From Lama glama (taxonomy: Eukaryota), in NCBI GenBank assembly GCA_028534125.1, contig CM052816.1, positions 62,994,001 to 63,058,000 on the forward strand: DNA of 64,000 nucleotides. Reading direction: 5' to 3'. Shown here piece after piece: positions 38,558-49,499 of this stretch (its first letter is position 1; every line of letters begins with the position of its first letter). A program made the translations under genes and the position numbers. The notes beneath the pieces are model-generated. The model made no database searches. It had not been told where the DNA came from and saw only the letters and a list, made by a program, of their open reading frames with translations.

Positions 38558-38820
38558 TGTGTCCTACATGACACATCATGGCCTGCCCCCAGCACCTCGG
38601 CTCAGTCCTTTTCCCCCCACGTACCTCACGGGCTTTCTCCTCAAATTCCATGCTACACCACTCTGAATCTCTTTTACATTTTTAAGTGTTCCGTGTTTTT
38701 ACTTTCCTAAGGGAGGGCCTTTGCACATAATGTTCTCTCTGCATGTGCTATTTTTCCCTTTCTTCTTCTCCTTCACTTGGATAATTTCAAATTACCTTTT
38801 GTGTATCAACTTGATCACTT

Positions 38821-39320
38821 NNNNNNNNNNNNNNNNNNNNNNNNNNNNNNNNNNNNNNNNNNNNNNNNNNNNNNNNNNNNNNNNNNNNNNNNNNNNNNNN
38901 NNNNNNNNNNNNNNNNNNNNNNNNNNNNNNNNNNNNNNNNNNNNNNNNNNNNNNNNNNNNNNNNNNNNNNNNNNNNNNNNNNNNNNNNNNNNNNNNNNNN
39001 NNNNNNNNNNNNNNNNNNNNNNNNNNNNNNNNNNNNNNNNNNNNNNNNNNNNNNNNNNNNNNNNNNNNNNNNNNNNNNNNNNNNNNNNNNNNNNNNNNNN
39101 NNNNNNNNNNNNNNNNNNNNNNNNNNNNNNNNNNNNNNNNNNNNNNNNNNNNNNNNNNNNNNNNNNNNNNNNNNNNNNNNNNNNNNNNNNNNNNNNNNNN
39201 NNNNNNNNNNNNNNNNNNNNNNNNNNNNNNNNNNNNNNNNNNNNNNNNNNNNNNNNNNNNNNNNNNNNNNNNNNNNNNNNNNNNNNNNNNNNNNNNNNNN
39301 NNNNNNNNNNNNNNNNNNNN
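38821..39320. other. Assembly gap (500 N)
   Basis: Run of N; the round length suggests a placeholder size. Confidence 1.
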
Positions 39321-39488
39321 CACCAGACGCCGTGGCGAAACCCTAAGTCCTTTAGGTGGGTATCTATAACCAACCGTGTTCTCCTAGTTGTATTTTATAT
39401 CACAACCTGTAGTCTCCCTAGTCCATTTAATATCACATTTTATTACGATGTCTTTCCTGACAGAACATAAACCATAGCAGTAAAGGCC

Positions 39489-39508
39489 GTGTGTGTGTGT
39501 GTGTGTGT
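39489..39508. repeat. (GT)n microsatellite
   Basis: Directly visible. Confidence 0.9.
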
Positions 39509-39859
39509 CTGTACTTCTCTGTTGTAACCCAAAATATAACATTGTTCCAGGCACTTAGTAGACACTCAGTATTTGTTAAGTGATGGAATAAATAAATGAA
39601 TGAATGCAAACTGTGTTCTTACTATTCAGGCAGCTGAACAAAAACCGACCAGAGTACAACTGTACTTATAGAAGTTGAGCCTTCACCTCAATAGTGAACC
39701 GATTAGCATGTGGTGTCCATGCCCTCTCTGCACAGAGGAAAGAAGAATCACAGGGTGTGCACAGAGCCCATTCCCCTAAGAGGGAAATGGGAAATTAAAG
39801 GAGCAAACAATGACCACAGTGTCTTTAACAGCCTAGGCCCAGATTTATACTGGAATTTC

Positions 39860-41245
39860 TACTTCCAAGTAGGACAGACTCAGGCAACCAGATGGGCCCC
39901 TCTGCAGAAAACTATAAAACATGGACATAATACAGAAAAGCAGCCACCTGGATCTGGAGAACATCCAGCACACGTGAAGGTACCTGAGAATGAAGGAAAC
40001 AGAGCCTGCTGGGAAGCGCGCACTGACTTGGAAGGGGGAGATGGCACGCTGCCACGAGTGCGTTCCCCCGTCCATGGCCTTACCCTGGGACTAAGTGCGG
40101 CGCACATGGAACACACAGCGGGAAGAGGGGCTCACAGGGAGAATTTCTCACTCCTTCTAGTCTGAGGAACTGGAGAAGCGAAGCCAGACAATATTGAACA
40201 CTGAAGACAGTATCGAAGTTCTGAAGTGATAAAAACCATAACGAGAATCCCCCAACTCTCCTATCAGTGTCTCCAACTGACCCTGAGCGTGTCCAGTGTA
40301 GACCAGACTCTTGTCGCTGGAATTAAAGACAAAAGCTCTCATTTGAGACCAGCACAGACTGTAGTTCAAATCCAGCCAAGCCAATTACCTGCTGAAAAGA
40401 AAATGACCCTCATCACAGAAAAGTAACAGAATCCAGAATCTTCACAACTAAACCCTTATAGTATCTTGAACACCATCCAGACTTATCCAATGTAAGAAAA
40501 GCCAAGAAAATATGATGCATTGTCAGCAGAGAAGGAAGAAAAGTCACATCTGACCCAGAGATAAACAAATGCTGGACCTAACATACAAGGATTTTAAGAT
40601 GGCTCTTATAATTATCACCAATTAACGAAAACAAAACTTTTGGTGAATCAAAGTATCAGTAAAGAAATAGAAAATATTGAGGGGAAAAAACAGTCTTATC
40701 AACCAATTAGATGGTATTAAAAGGTCTAACATACATGGAATTAATAAATCAGTAGAAGAGAAAGAATAAGGCAGAAAAAAATTTTAAATAACAGTTGAAA
40801 ATTTCCCAATTTGATGAAATACAAATTTTTTTCAAAATGAAGATATTAAATGTCAAGCAAAATAAACACAAAAAACCTCTAATGAGGCTCATCATAGTCC
40901 AAGTGATGAAAGCCAAGAATTAGGAGCAACTCTTGAAAAAAGCAGCATATAAAACACAAGGGAACAATCATCCAATTCATGGCTGATTTCTCATCAGAAA
41001 CCATGACGAGAGAGAAGATCTCTAGTTCTGAGAACATCTTCTTTGGTCCAACTAGGATTCGAGGATGTCTTTATCCTAGATATTCGTGGTATTTTCCTTC
41101 AAGAAGGAAGGCAAATTAAAGATATTTTCAAATAAAAGAAAACTAAGAAGACACTGCCAGTATATAATAAATGCTGAAGGAAATTACTCCTGTCATGGGA
41201 AAGTGATATTGAGTGGAAACTTGGATCCTCTGAAAATAATAAAAA
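39860..41245 (+). mobile_element. Old L1 5'UTR + ORF1 fossil
   Basis: ORF1-type motifs 'aaaaggtctaacatacatggaatt', 'gaaaatttcccaatttgatgaaa' and 'ggctgatttctcatcagaaaccatg'. Confidence 0.7.
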
Positions 41246-41249
41246 CCAA

Positions 41250-41425
41250 GAGCTGAATTCTGCCAGCAACCTGAATGAACAAGAAAACAGATTCCCCTGG
41301 TATCTCCAGAGCGGCTACAGCCCTGCCAACACCTTGATTCCTGACACCAAGTGAGATAATAAATGAGTTGTTTTAAGCTGCCAGTTTGTGATCACTTGTT
41401 ACAGCAGCAATCGAAAACCAACAGA
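41250..41425 (+). mobile_element. MLT1D-like LTR 3' half
   Basis: 'ctgaattctgccagcaacctgaatgaacaagaaaacagattc...ttgttttaagctgccagtttgtg...ttgttacagcagcaat'. Confidence 0.8.
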
Positions 41426-41439
41426 GGAGCTCTTGGATA

Positions 41440-42380
41440 AATATTAATCCCACATGTTTTGAAAGGCTAATTCTGAGGTGACAGCTACACCAGTTTTCAA
41501 AGGGTCCCCAACAGAACGGAGTCCCAGTTTTCTACAGTGGTAACCAGTCCAATGATGCTACTCAGGAGAGGCTTTCCCTCCTTTCTTGATTTAGTCTTCC
41601 TAATCCCCCATCTCTGGGTCTCTGGAAGCACATTCTAAACTCAGCGACCTGTGATCCAGGCCTTTCTCAGGTTCTGCTTTTGGGGGGACCCAGACTCAGA
41701 CAGCTCCAGGGATTGCCCTGGTCAGGAGATGCTGAGGTTGGGAGAGTTCTCAGGTTAGAATTCTTGGTTATTGTGAGTGACTCTCAGGTCACGTGGCAAT
41801 CAGGACCGGTGGGGTGGTGATCAGGGCTGGCTGCAGAAAACCACAACTCTAACACGCTAACCCGCGGTGGACTCGGGCAAGTTACAGGCTAAAGTGGAGC
41901 ACTGGCTTATGAGGTCGGGATACCACTTGAAAGGTCTGGGGTCAATGGTAATTATAAGGTCTGTAGAATTGGCTGTGCTTGATTAACTGCTTTTAGAGTC
42001 TTTTTTAAAATGAAGCAGGTTTGGGTTATTCGACTCAATTCAAGGCAAACTGTGAAAGTCAGAAAGCCTCACAGCAGCACTTACACCCATCTGCAGGTCC
42101 AAGTTGTCGGGAAAACATGCTCAGGCACCGATGGTGCTGGCAGGACACCTGTAAGGAGACTGACGTGCAGCCCCAGCTGGACTCCTGCCTCAAAAGCCGG
42201 GGCCCTAATTGAGAAAGAGTGAGACCCTGATACCTGGGAAAGATTCATTTGCATCAAAGAACCTGAGGAAGTTGAACCCTCAGGCCAGTAGTAGCAGATC
42301 TCGCCTTCTTGACTGAGAGCAAACTTCCCTTGCCTGGACACCTTGCAAAGACCTCCCCTCAGACAGGTGCCTCATAAGAT
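41440..42380 (+). mobile_element. ERVL LTR (LTR16/33-like, to ~41702) plus decayed internal gag region
   Basis: LTR end 'ggggggacccagactcagaca'. 42190-42237 translates SKAGALIEKE*DPDTW, resembling ERVL gag 'KVRALIGKEWDP.TW'. Confidence 0.6.
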
Positions 42381-43340
42381 AGAGCACTTTCCATCCCCAT
42401 CTGTAGATCAGCCAGCTCTAATGCAGTTTACCTCTCTTGTAAAACATTTTTGCAAACTTTGAGAAGCACTTAACAATATATCCTTACTGCAGCACAGGGA
42501 AACATGGCCATTATTTTACAACTTTAAATGGAGTATGATTTATAAAACTACTGGAACACTATGTTGTACACCTGAAGCTAATGTTGTCAACTATACTTCA
42601 CTAAAAAAGCAGCTAACATACTTCATTTTGAATTCCTATGAACCTAAGAAGATACACCTTTGAAAAAGAATTTTAATTGTTTTCTAAAGAAAAAACATCA
42701 AGGAGAAACAGAAAAGTAATAAGAATGTAAGTACTAGTATAATTTAAGATAAGTTATGTGTTATATCTTTATAAACATTAGTGTTTATTTCTTACCATTT
42801 CTTTAGTCAGGAAATGCTATTTAATTTTTTGAGTACTTCCAATGTAATGCCAATATTTGAAGGCAGAACTTGAGACCAAAAAAAAAAAATGAACACAAGG
42901 CTGTCAGTTTTGGTTTGCTTACATTGCTAAAGCATGTTAGAGAAAATTTTTTAAATGAGAGAAGGTATAAGTTTAACAGGCAGTGAAGCAAACTTGGCCC
43001 CTCAGTCAATTGAGCACATTTAACAAGTAAATCTTGGTAATTCTTTTGTCAACAAGTCAATGTTATTGAATTCAGTATGACAACATGTAAATAAGTGACA
43101 TGTCTGTCTGTGAGAAATACAGCACAATGAAATGAAATACTGCAGAGCTAGAGAAAATGAAGTTCAAATCATACTGTTCATTTATAAGTTGTATGAACTT
43201 TGCTAAGTCACTTTCTCTGAATGTAACCTTCTGATTCCAAAACATTAACATAAAAATGCATATATCAGAGGGTTAAATTATATAGTACATGTAAATATAG
43301 GAACATATACTGGAGAAATATAAAATAAGACAAATCCTCC

Positions 43341-43796
43341 TGTCAATCAAGAAAACTCACGAAAGTAAAATAGTTTTATTATCAAATGAACATTAAGCTG
43401 TAATGTGATGTGCATCATAGTCTGCTAAGCGATTGCAGAGACAGAAAGAAATCTTCCCCTTCTATGTGCCAAGCAGATACAGTCCATCACACACATGTTC
43501 TCAAAATCAACCGTAACTAGTCCTCAAGTAAGATGACTTGACAGCACCACTTGTCACACACAGGTCATCCTAAGTTCACCTGGTAACTATGGTGACAGCG
43601 TTTGCTGATTAGCTTTAGCCAAAGGAAAAATAAACCTCTTATGCCTTAGTGATGGGAGGTAGCTTTACCACTTGGAGTAACGGGTCCACTAAAGTTAGGC
43701 TCTGACTCTCTGACAGACACAAGGAGATAGGGGTGCGATCTTCCATGACGATAACATTTTAAAGAAATGGCTCCCAGGTCCTTAAGACATTCCTGG
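43341..43796 (-). mobile_element. MER34-like ERV1 LTR (partial)
   Basis: 'tgtcaatcaagaaaactc...gttttatt...atgtgatgtgcatcatag...aaagaaatggctcccaggtcctt'; AATAAA on the minus strand at 43375-43380. Confidence 0.7.
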
Positions 43797-43978
43797 AACA
43801 ATCTAAATTACATTACCTATCATCAAGTAAGCATGTTTTTCACTTCCTCTCAAAACTAAGACTGGTACATGAAGTCTCCAAATGTTTGTTTCTTCTGTCC
43901 TATTAAGTAGCAGTAAAAATAAATACGCAAAAGAACTGAATATATTCTCAATGTTTTCAGTGTTACAATTCATTCGTG

Positions 43979-44502
43979 TGAATTAAAAATATTGCCTGCC
44001 ATATCAGCAAAGAAAGGATGCTTCCACCATCAAGACCTCAGCCTCTACCGCTGACCCAACAGTGAGCCAGCTAGAACTGAGGATGGAGACAAGACAAGCA
44101 GGCAGCCCGGCCTCTGCCACCACCCCCACCGGTGCACCCTGAGGGAACTCAGGACGCGAAAGCACAGGATACTGGCCCTAGACAGCCCGGTGCACAACAA
44201 AGGAACGATTTCAATGAGCCTAGACTTTTGCACCTTCCCATACAAAAACAAAAACAAAAACAAAAGCATTAAATTCCTTAAATTGAGATATCTGGTTTTC
44301 TCTAACAGCAATATTTTAATGTTCTTACCACCTGGTTTTTGTTGCAAAAACTCCTATATATCCTGGCTCTCCCCCTGGCCCTTTGGAGCAGCCCCTCAGA
44401 GCTAGCTGAGAGGCTGGATGTTGGCCTTAAATCCTTAGAAGTGTCTGCTTAATAAAACGTAACTCCCAACTTTTAGGTTGTGCATTTTTTTTTCAGTCAA
44501 CA
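43979..44502 (+). mobile_element. ERV1-class solo LTR (artiodactyl-type)
   Basis: TG...CA termini; 4-bp TSD CGTG/CATG (one CpG transition); TATATA at 44355; AATAAA at 44451; internal (AAAAAC)n. Confidence 0.85.
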
Positions 44503-44786
44503 CATGCAATAAAGATTACTCCACATTAATGCCCAAACAGAAACACTGAAGCAGGAATTTAACTGTAACAATTTTAAAGGCCCAAAACATTTAACAGAGC
44601 TTGGAAACCCAGTGGCTCCACTTCAGGAGATGAAATAGCCAAAAAATATTTCTCTGTGCAGTTTGCAGCTCTGATAAGACTATGAGGTAGACACTAATGG
44701 CCTTAAATGGCTGCAGAAGGAAGTACCTGAAGGTTCGGGGACCGTTCCTTGACTCTGGAAGGACACGCTACACAGCGGGCACTTAC

Positions 44787-44977
44787 ACAGTCACGACACG
44801 GGGGCCTACCTGTCTCTCACACAGTGTCGTCCCACGACTTCACGTCTGGTTGACAAACCCATCTTGGTCCACTTCCTGAGAAGAAAAAACAAAAACTACT
44901 GAGGTAGAAGTAACTTCCAGGTTTAGACAGGACTACAGCCAGTATAGTCATATGTTTATACAGATCCTCGTTAACAC
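44787..44977 (-). other. Candidate internal exon with alternative acceptors and donors
   Basis: Minus strand: branch point GCTAAC (45015-45020) and CCCCTGTCTTTTCTCTCCAG|G at 44977; second acceptor TTTTTGTTTTTTCTTCTCAG|G at 44875; donors CAG|GTAGGC (44810) and TGT|GTAAGT (44787). Confidence 0.45.
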
Positions 44978-45747
44978 CTGGAGAGAAAAGACAGGGGCGG
45001 CCCCAATTGTCAAGGTTAGCACTTGGAGGACAATTGCTGAGCAGGACGGGAACAGGCTGAATCCTGCCGCTCTGACAGTTTGCTGGAGGCATGAAAATGT
45101 CAATTCAAATGAAGGGGCAGACTCCACATTCCTTAAAATGACAAGTAAATTCAGGCACATAGTGAAAGATAGTATTGCTTGACATTCTCTAGTTTACAAA
45201 TACCTTAATAAGCTGTGGTAACAAAGAAGAAAACATAGCCTTTAAAAAAAACTTCACAAGGAGTAGCTGACAAATGGACAGTCACACATGAAAGAGATTG
45301 ACACACTTCTGAGTAAAAGATTATGTAGAAAATATTAAGATCTAAAAGATTTAAATATCCTGGTCACAAAGCATAATCTAATGTTCCTGTATTAAGTTCC
45401 TTTATCCAACAGTTAGAGTACACTCTCCATAAACATCTGTGAAATACATTTAAAAAACTGCCTAGCACAACTCAAAGCACAGGCCAACAAACAGCACAGG
45501 GCATTATCTTAGGACAACGTTCTTTGACCACAATGAAACAAAATGATAAATACCATAAAATATTAGAACCCCCAAAATATTTGTTTATGTTTAAAATCAT
45601 TCTTCTGTAAAATTCATAGATCAAAGAAGAAACTACAATGGAAATAAAACAGACCTCTGTGAGGGAAAGAGACAAAACACAAAATATAAAATGAAAAAGG
45701 GAAACTGGCTAGCAAGTAAAACAATTAAAAAATAATAAAAATATAGT

Positions 45748-46132
45748 TGTTAGAAGACACCCTTGGGAGTTTCGGGTAAAATCTGAAACTGGAGGGCAAG
45801 GAGAGACCAGAGGAAGAGGCGGACCGCTCCAAATTGGCAGGGGGCAGTTTTAATAAGCAAGGGAGCTAATTTACAGCGCTCATCTTGGGCGGCCATAGGA
45901 CAAGCAGACCTCCACACCTGCCCACCGCTATCTTAAGAATGTATACAGAGGTCCTAATCAGGTTCCATCACATATTCAGTTCAGATGGACTCAATAACCT
46001 TTACTCTCTCAAGGTTACGTCCTTGAAACCGGGTCCCACTGTGGAAACACTGGGCTGAATGTGTTTTCTTAGACGGGAGGGGGTGAGGAACCACCAATTG
46101 CCAGGGTCCAGCTCACATGACTTCCTCCAACA
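45748..46132 (-). mobile_element. ERVL-class solo LTR
   Basis: TGT...ACA termini; perfect 5-bp TSD ATAGT (45743-45747/46133-46137); ATTAAA on the minus strand at 45849-45854. Confidence 0.85.
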
Positions 46133-46363
46133 ATAGTCAGCTGGACTCTAATCAAGATGACGACCAAGATTAAACAGATAAATTACTCAAAAATTATTAA
46201 AAGCCAACACTGTTGCAAAAGAAACAGAAAACTTAAGTTTTAAAGGTATCAAAATAATAATTGAAACCCTCCCCAAAAAATGTTTGTAGGTGATTATTCT
46301 CAAATATTCAATGTCAAGTTTCCTAATGTAAGGTAAGCAACTACTGCTGTTTTCCTCAGCCTC

Positions 46364-46782
46364 TGTTGGGCTGAAACCCACAGGCCTCCGAGGCTTGTAG
46401 CTGCCCAGCCTCGAGACTGAAGAGCCTGAAACAGTGACCAAGACATCGACGGTTTACTGGACAGGGGAACCTTACCTGTCTGAAACAAAAGGTCCTGGAG
46501 TGACATCCCACTGTGCACGGCACCCCACAGGCAAGGCACTGCTGCAATGTTCCCGACTCGAGGGAGAACGAAGCTACCATTTATAGGAGGAACTGACGTC
46601 AGGTTGGCTCATCAGTTACCAGGGAAACCAGCAGCTGAGGCAGGGGGCAAGCACCTAGGCAGCCACTGATTAAGCCCCATGATTAGGAGGATTGGATAGT
46701 CATGTGAGTGAGGCAGGCACTGGTCAAGCAGGGGATGTACAGGGAGCACAACCACAGCCACCTTGAGTGGCCTGACCATACA
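46364..46782 (-). mobile_element. Solo LTR (family A, copy 1)
   Basis: Minus strand TGTATGGTCAGGCC...CAGCCCAACA; 5-bp TSD GCCTC/GCCTG; collinear with 47951-48338. Confidence 0.9.
46471..46695 (-). promoter_or_regulatory. Putative LTR promoter and first exon (CCAAT-CRE-TATA-splice donor)
   Basis: On the minus strand: CCAAT 46691-46695, TGACGTCA 46594-46601, TATAAA 46580-46585, donor CAG|GTAAGG at 46476/46475. Confidence 0.5.
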
Positions 46783-47400
46783 GCCTGAAAAGAAAAGTGC
46801 AGTCGGTGGCAGGGAGCATACAAACATATTTTGTAACAAACGTATGTCACAGGTAATTGCTTCTAACTGAAAATATTATTGACAATTTTCCATTTGGAGT
46901 TGACTTTATCTATGACCAGAAATATTTCCATAACAAGCTACAGACAGACTGGGGCAAATCTCCTTGAGTTTGGAAATAAATGTCCAACAATCTACATAAA
47001 AAATAAATTTTACACTGCAAAGGTAAAGATGTAATAAAACTGAGTTACAATTAATTGATATATACAATATGAAAACTAGCACACCAGTTGACTAGGTTTT
47101 ATGGATTGGCTGAGCACGCAGCACCCATTCAAGGCATTTCTCCTTTGGGGATAAAACACCCTGCACTCTGACCAGCTAACTTACAAATGGACTTCAGAAA
47201 AGACACCCAGTCGTCTTCAGATCAGTGAAGGCTCCCAGGTCTGCAGCCCCCAGTTCCCTAGGTTGATACACCTATGCCATTTTAATAACCCAGAACTGTT
47301 AAGAAGGAACCTAATTATTTTCTAAGAAATAGATCTGACTAAAGCAACAGATAGTCAACTACAATTGAAAAATAGGCCTCTCCTAAGCTACTCCTTAAAG

Positions 47401-47584
47401 CAAAGTGTGGTTCCCAAGCCAGTAACACCGACGTCAGCTCCCCCAGGAAGCTGTGATAAATGGAAGTTTCAGGGCTCCCCCCTAGATTTACTAAATCGGA
47501 AACTCTGGGGGCAGGGCACAGCAATCTGGGCTTTAACAAACCATCCAGGTGATTCTGACATACGCTCAAGTTTGCAAACCACTG
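47401..47584 (+). mobile_element. MER5A hAT-Charlie MITE
   Basis: 'caaagtgtggttccc...gaaactctgggggcagggcacagcaatctgggctttaacaaaccatccaggtgattctga...aagtttgcaaaccactg'. Confidence 0.85.
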
Positions 47585-47950
47585 GCCTGAAGGTCGACTC
47601 CAAGAAGCAGCTACTAAAGATGTCTGTAAAGCAGATTTGTCAAACAATGTTGTTTTCTACAGTGTGCCTGAATTTACCTGTCATTTCAAGGAGTAGCCTG
47701 CACCCTGATTTGAGTTATACTTTTCATGCCTCCAGCAAACTGTCAGACTGACAGCACACAGCCCGCTGAGGCTCCTGTCATGCTCGGCAGTACCTCCAAA
47801 TGCTGATACCCTAGCAAGTCAGGATGCCCTGCTCTCCTTCTGCAGACATTAAAACAACAAATGCCCAAGCCCCACTGCCAGCAATTCTGATTTAAAAGAT
47901 CTGAAATAAGGTCTTGGTGTCAGTATTTTTAACCTCCCCCCACAGCACGC

Positions 47951-48338
47951 CACATGGTCAGGCCATTCAAGATGGCTGGTTCTCTTGCTCTTTGTACATC
48001 CCCTGCCTCACTCATGGCTATCTAATCATCTTAATTATAAGGCTTAATTAGTAACTGCCCACTGCTTGCCCCTTCCCCGCTCTCTGGTTTCCCTGGTAAC
48101 TGATGAGCCAACCTGACTTCAGCTTCCCCTATAAATGGTAGCCTCCTTCTCCCGGAGAAAGGAAGGTGGCTGCCATGTCCTGTTTGCCTACTGCTGTACA
48201 CGGTGGGGTGTGGCGCCAGGACTCTTTGTTTTGGACATGTAAGATCCCTGGTCTACTAACCGCTGATGTCTCTGTTGCTGACTCCGCGCTCTTTCTTCGG
48301 TCTTGAAGCTGGGCAACCACAAGGCTTGCAGCTCAACA
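47951..48338 (+). mobile_element. Solo LTR (family A, copy 2), inserted in a MER5-like fragment
   Basis: (CA)CATGGTCAGGCCATTCAAGATGGC...GCTCAACA; TATAAA at 48130-48135; flanks CACGC/CGTGC, both derivable from CGCGC by CpG decay. Confidence 0.9.
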
Positions 48339-48456
48339 CGTGCCCGCATGTGAAAGCGCGTGCACGCGCACACACGCACACACCCCCTAATTATAGGCAG
48401 GATTGAATACCACTGCCCTTTGAAAACACTGCTGAATAAAGGGTACATTCTCCTAT

Positions 48457-48601
48457 TTTTTTTAACATTTATTTTTTATTTAATTTTGGGGGGGAGATCA
48501 TTGGGTCTATTTATTTACTTTTTCTTAATGGAGGTACTGGGGATTGAACCCACACACTCTTAGTGCTTAGCATGCACTCTACCACTTGAGCTACACCCTC
48601 C
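48457..48601 (-). mobile_element. tRNA-derived camelid SINE (vic-1-like)
   Basis: Minus strand GGAGGGTGTAGCTCAAGTGGTAGAG (A box)...GGGTTCAATCCCCAGTACCTCC (B box), A-rich tail, TSD CTCCTAT at 48450-48456/48602-48608. Confidence 0.9.
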
Positions 48602-49499
48602 CTCCTATATAAAGGTTAAAGAATCCAAATAAATCTTCATGATAATCTGTGTGAGAAAGATATAAACATTTCTGATGCTAAGTACTTGGCCCATGTTGTT
48701 TTTCTACATGTTTTTTTTGCTCCACTTCCTCTTCATTTTCAACACTAACTAGATAGAGGCAAAAATAAAAGAAAGGAAATAATTAGGAGCATGAAGTGCC
48801 ACACCACCATGTCTCACTGTTGTAACTCTTATAAACAAATCTGCACTCCAGGGAAAGCATCAAACATGAGTCATTACCAAGGGCCAGAACGTCGGTTGGC
48901 ATGGCGACTGTTGAAGACTGGGGACCACATAGAAAATAACGTCTCACCAGAAGACTTTCAACTGAGGCTTGTGCTCCCTGTTCCTTGCATGACAACATTC
49001 CCTGCTGCCAACAGCAGCCCACTCTCAGGGTCACCTCCAGAAATGCTTCTGTATTTGAAAGCAGAGTGTCCCATTTTGCAAATGCTGTCACATTCATCAC
49101 TTCCTAATGCTCTGAAATCTCCACAGGAAAGGACCTTCCCAACATAGAAATCTAACTTTAGCCTCTTCCCCTCTCACAAGTAGACATACTGGCCCACTGA
49201 GATGGCAGTATCTCTACTGTGGGATTACACGGTGCCAAATCAGCGCGGTGGTCACAGTCCTATTCAGAAGTCATCTGGAAACACATTTTGTCAAGGTTGT
49301 TGTTCTACTCAGTCATAGACTTGGTATGCTATCACAGTTCCCAGAGACGCAACCAAAATTTTGCTCTCACTTTCCATCGCTGCTGCTCTTCCCATCACTG
49401 TCTTTCTACCTATCACCCCACCAAGGTTTGTTGGCTTTGAAAACTCATAGCCCCGAGAAAATAATATTAAAGTATTTAAGAGTCAAAGTATATTCAGTG

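Larger units (their letters stand above)
37300..39606 (+). mobile_element. L2 fossil interrupted by ERVL LTRs and the assembly gap
   Basis: L2-like text at 37370-37580 and 38570-38820; 3' end 'ccaggcacttagtagacactcagtatttgtt...aatgaatgaatg' at 39547-39606. Confidence 0.6.

Noticed and set aside
38721..39470. The longest ORFs in the track (178-249 aa)
   Set aside because: Artefacts of translating through the 500-N gap.
39710..40165. 151-aa plus-strand ORF
   Set aside because: GTG start, largely overlaps L1 5'UTR-like sequence, no recognisable homology.
48510..48601. tRNA-like A and B boxes
   Set aside because: Head of a SINE with an A-rich tail and TSD; the anticodon region is degenerate, so it is not a tRNA gene.
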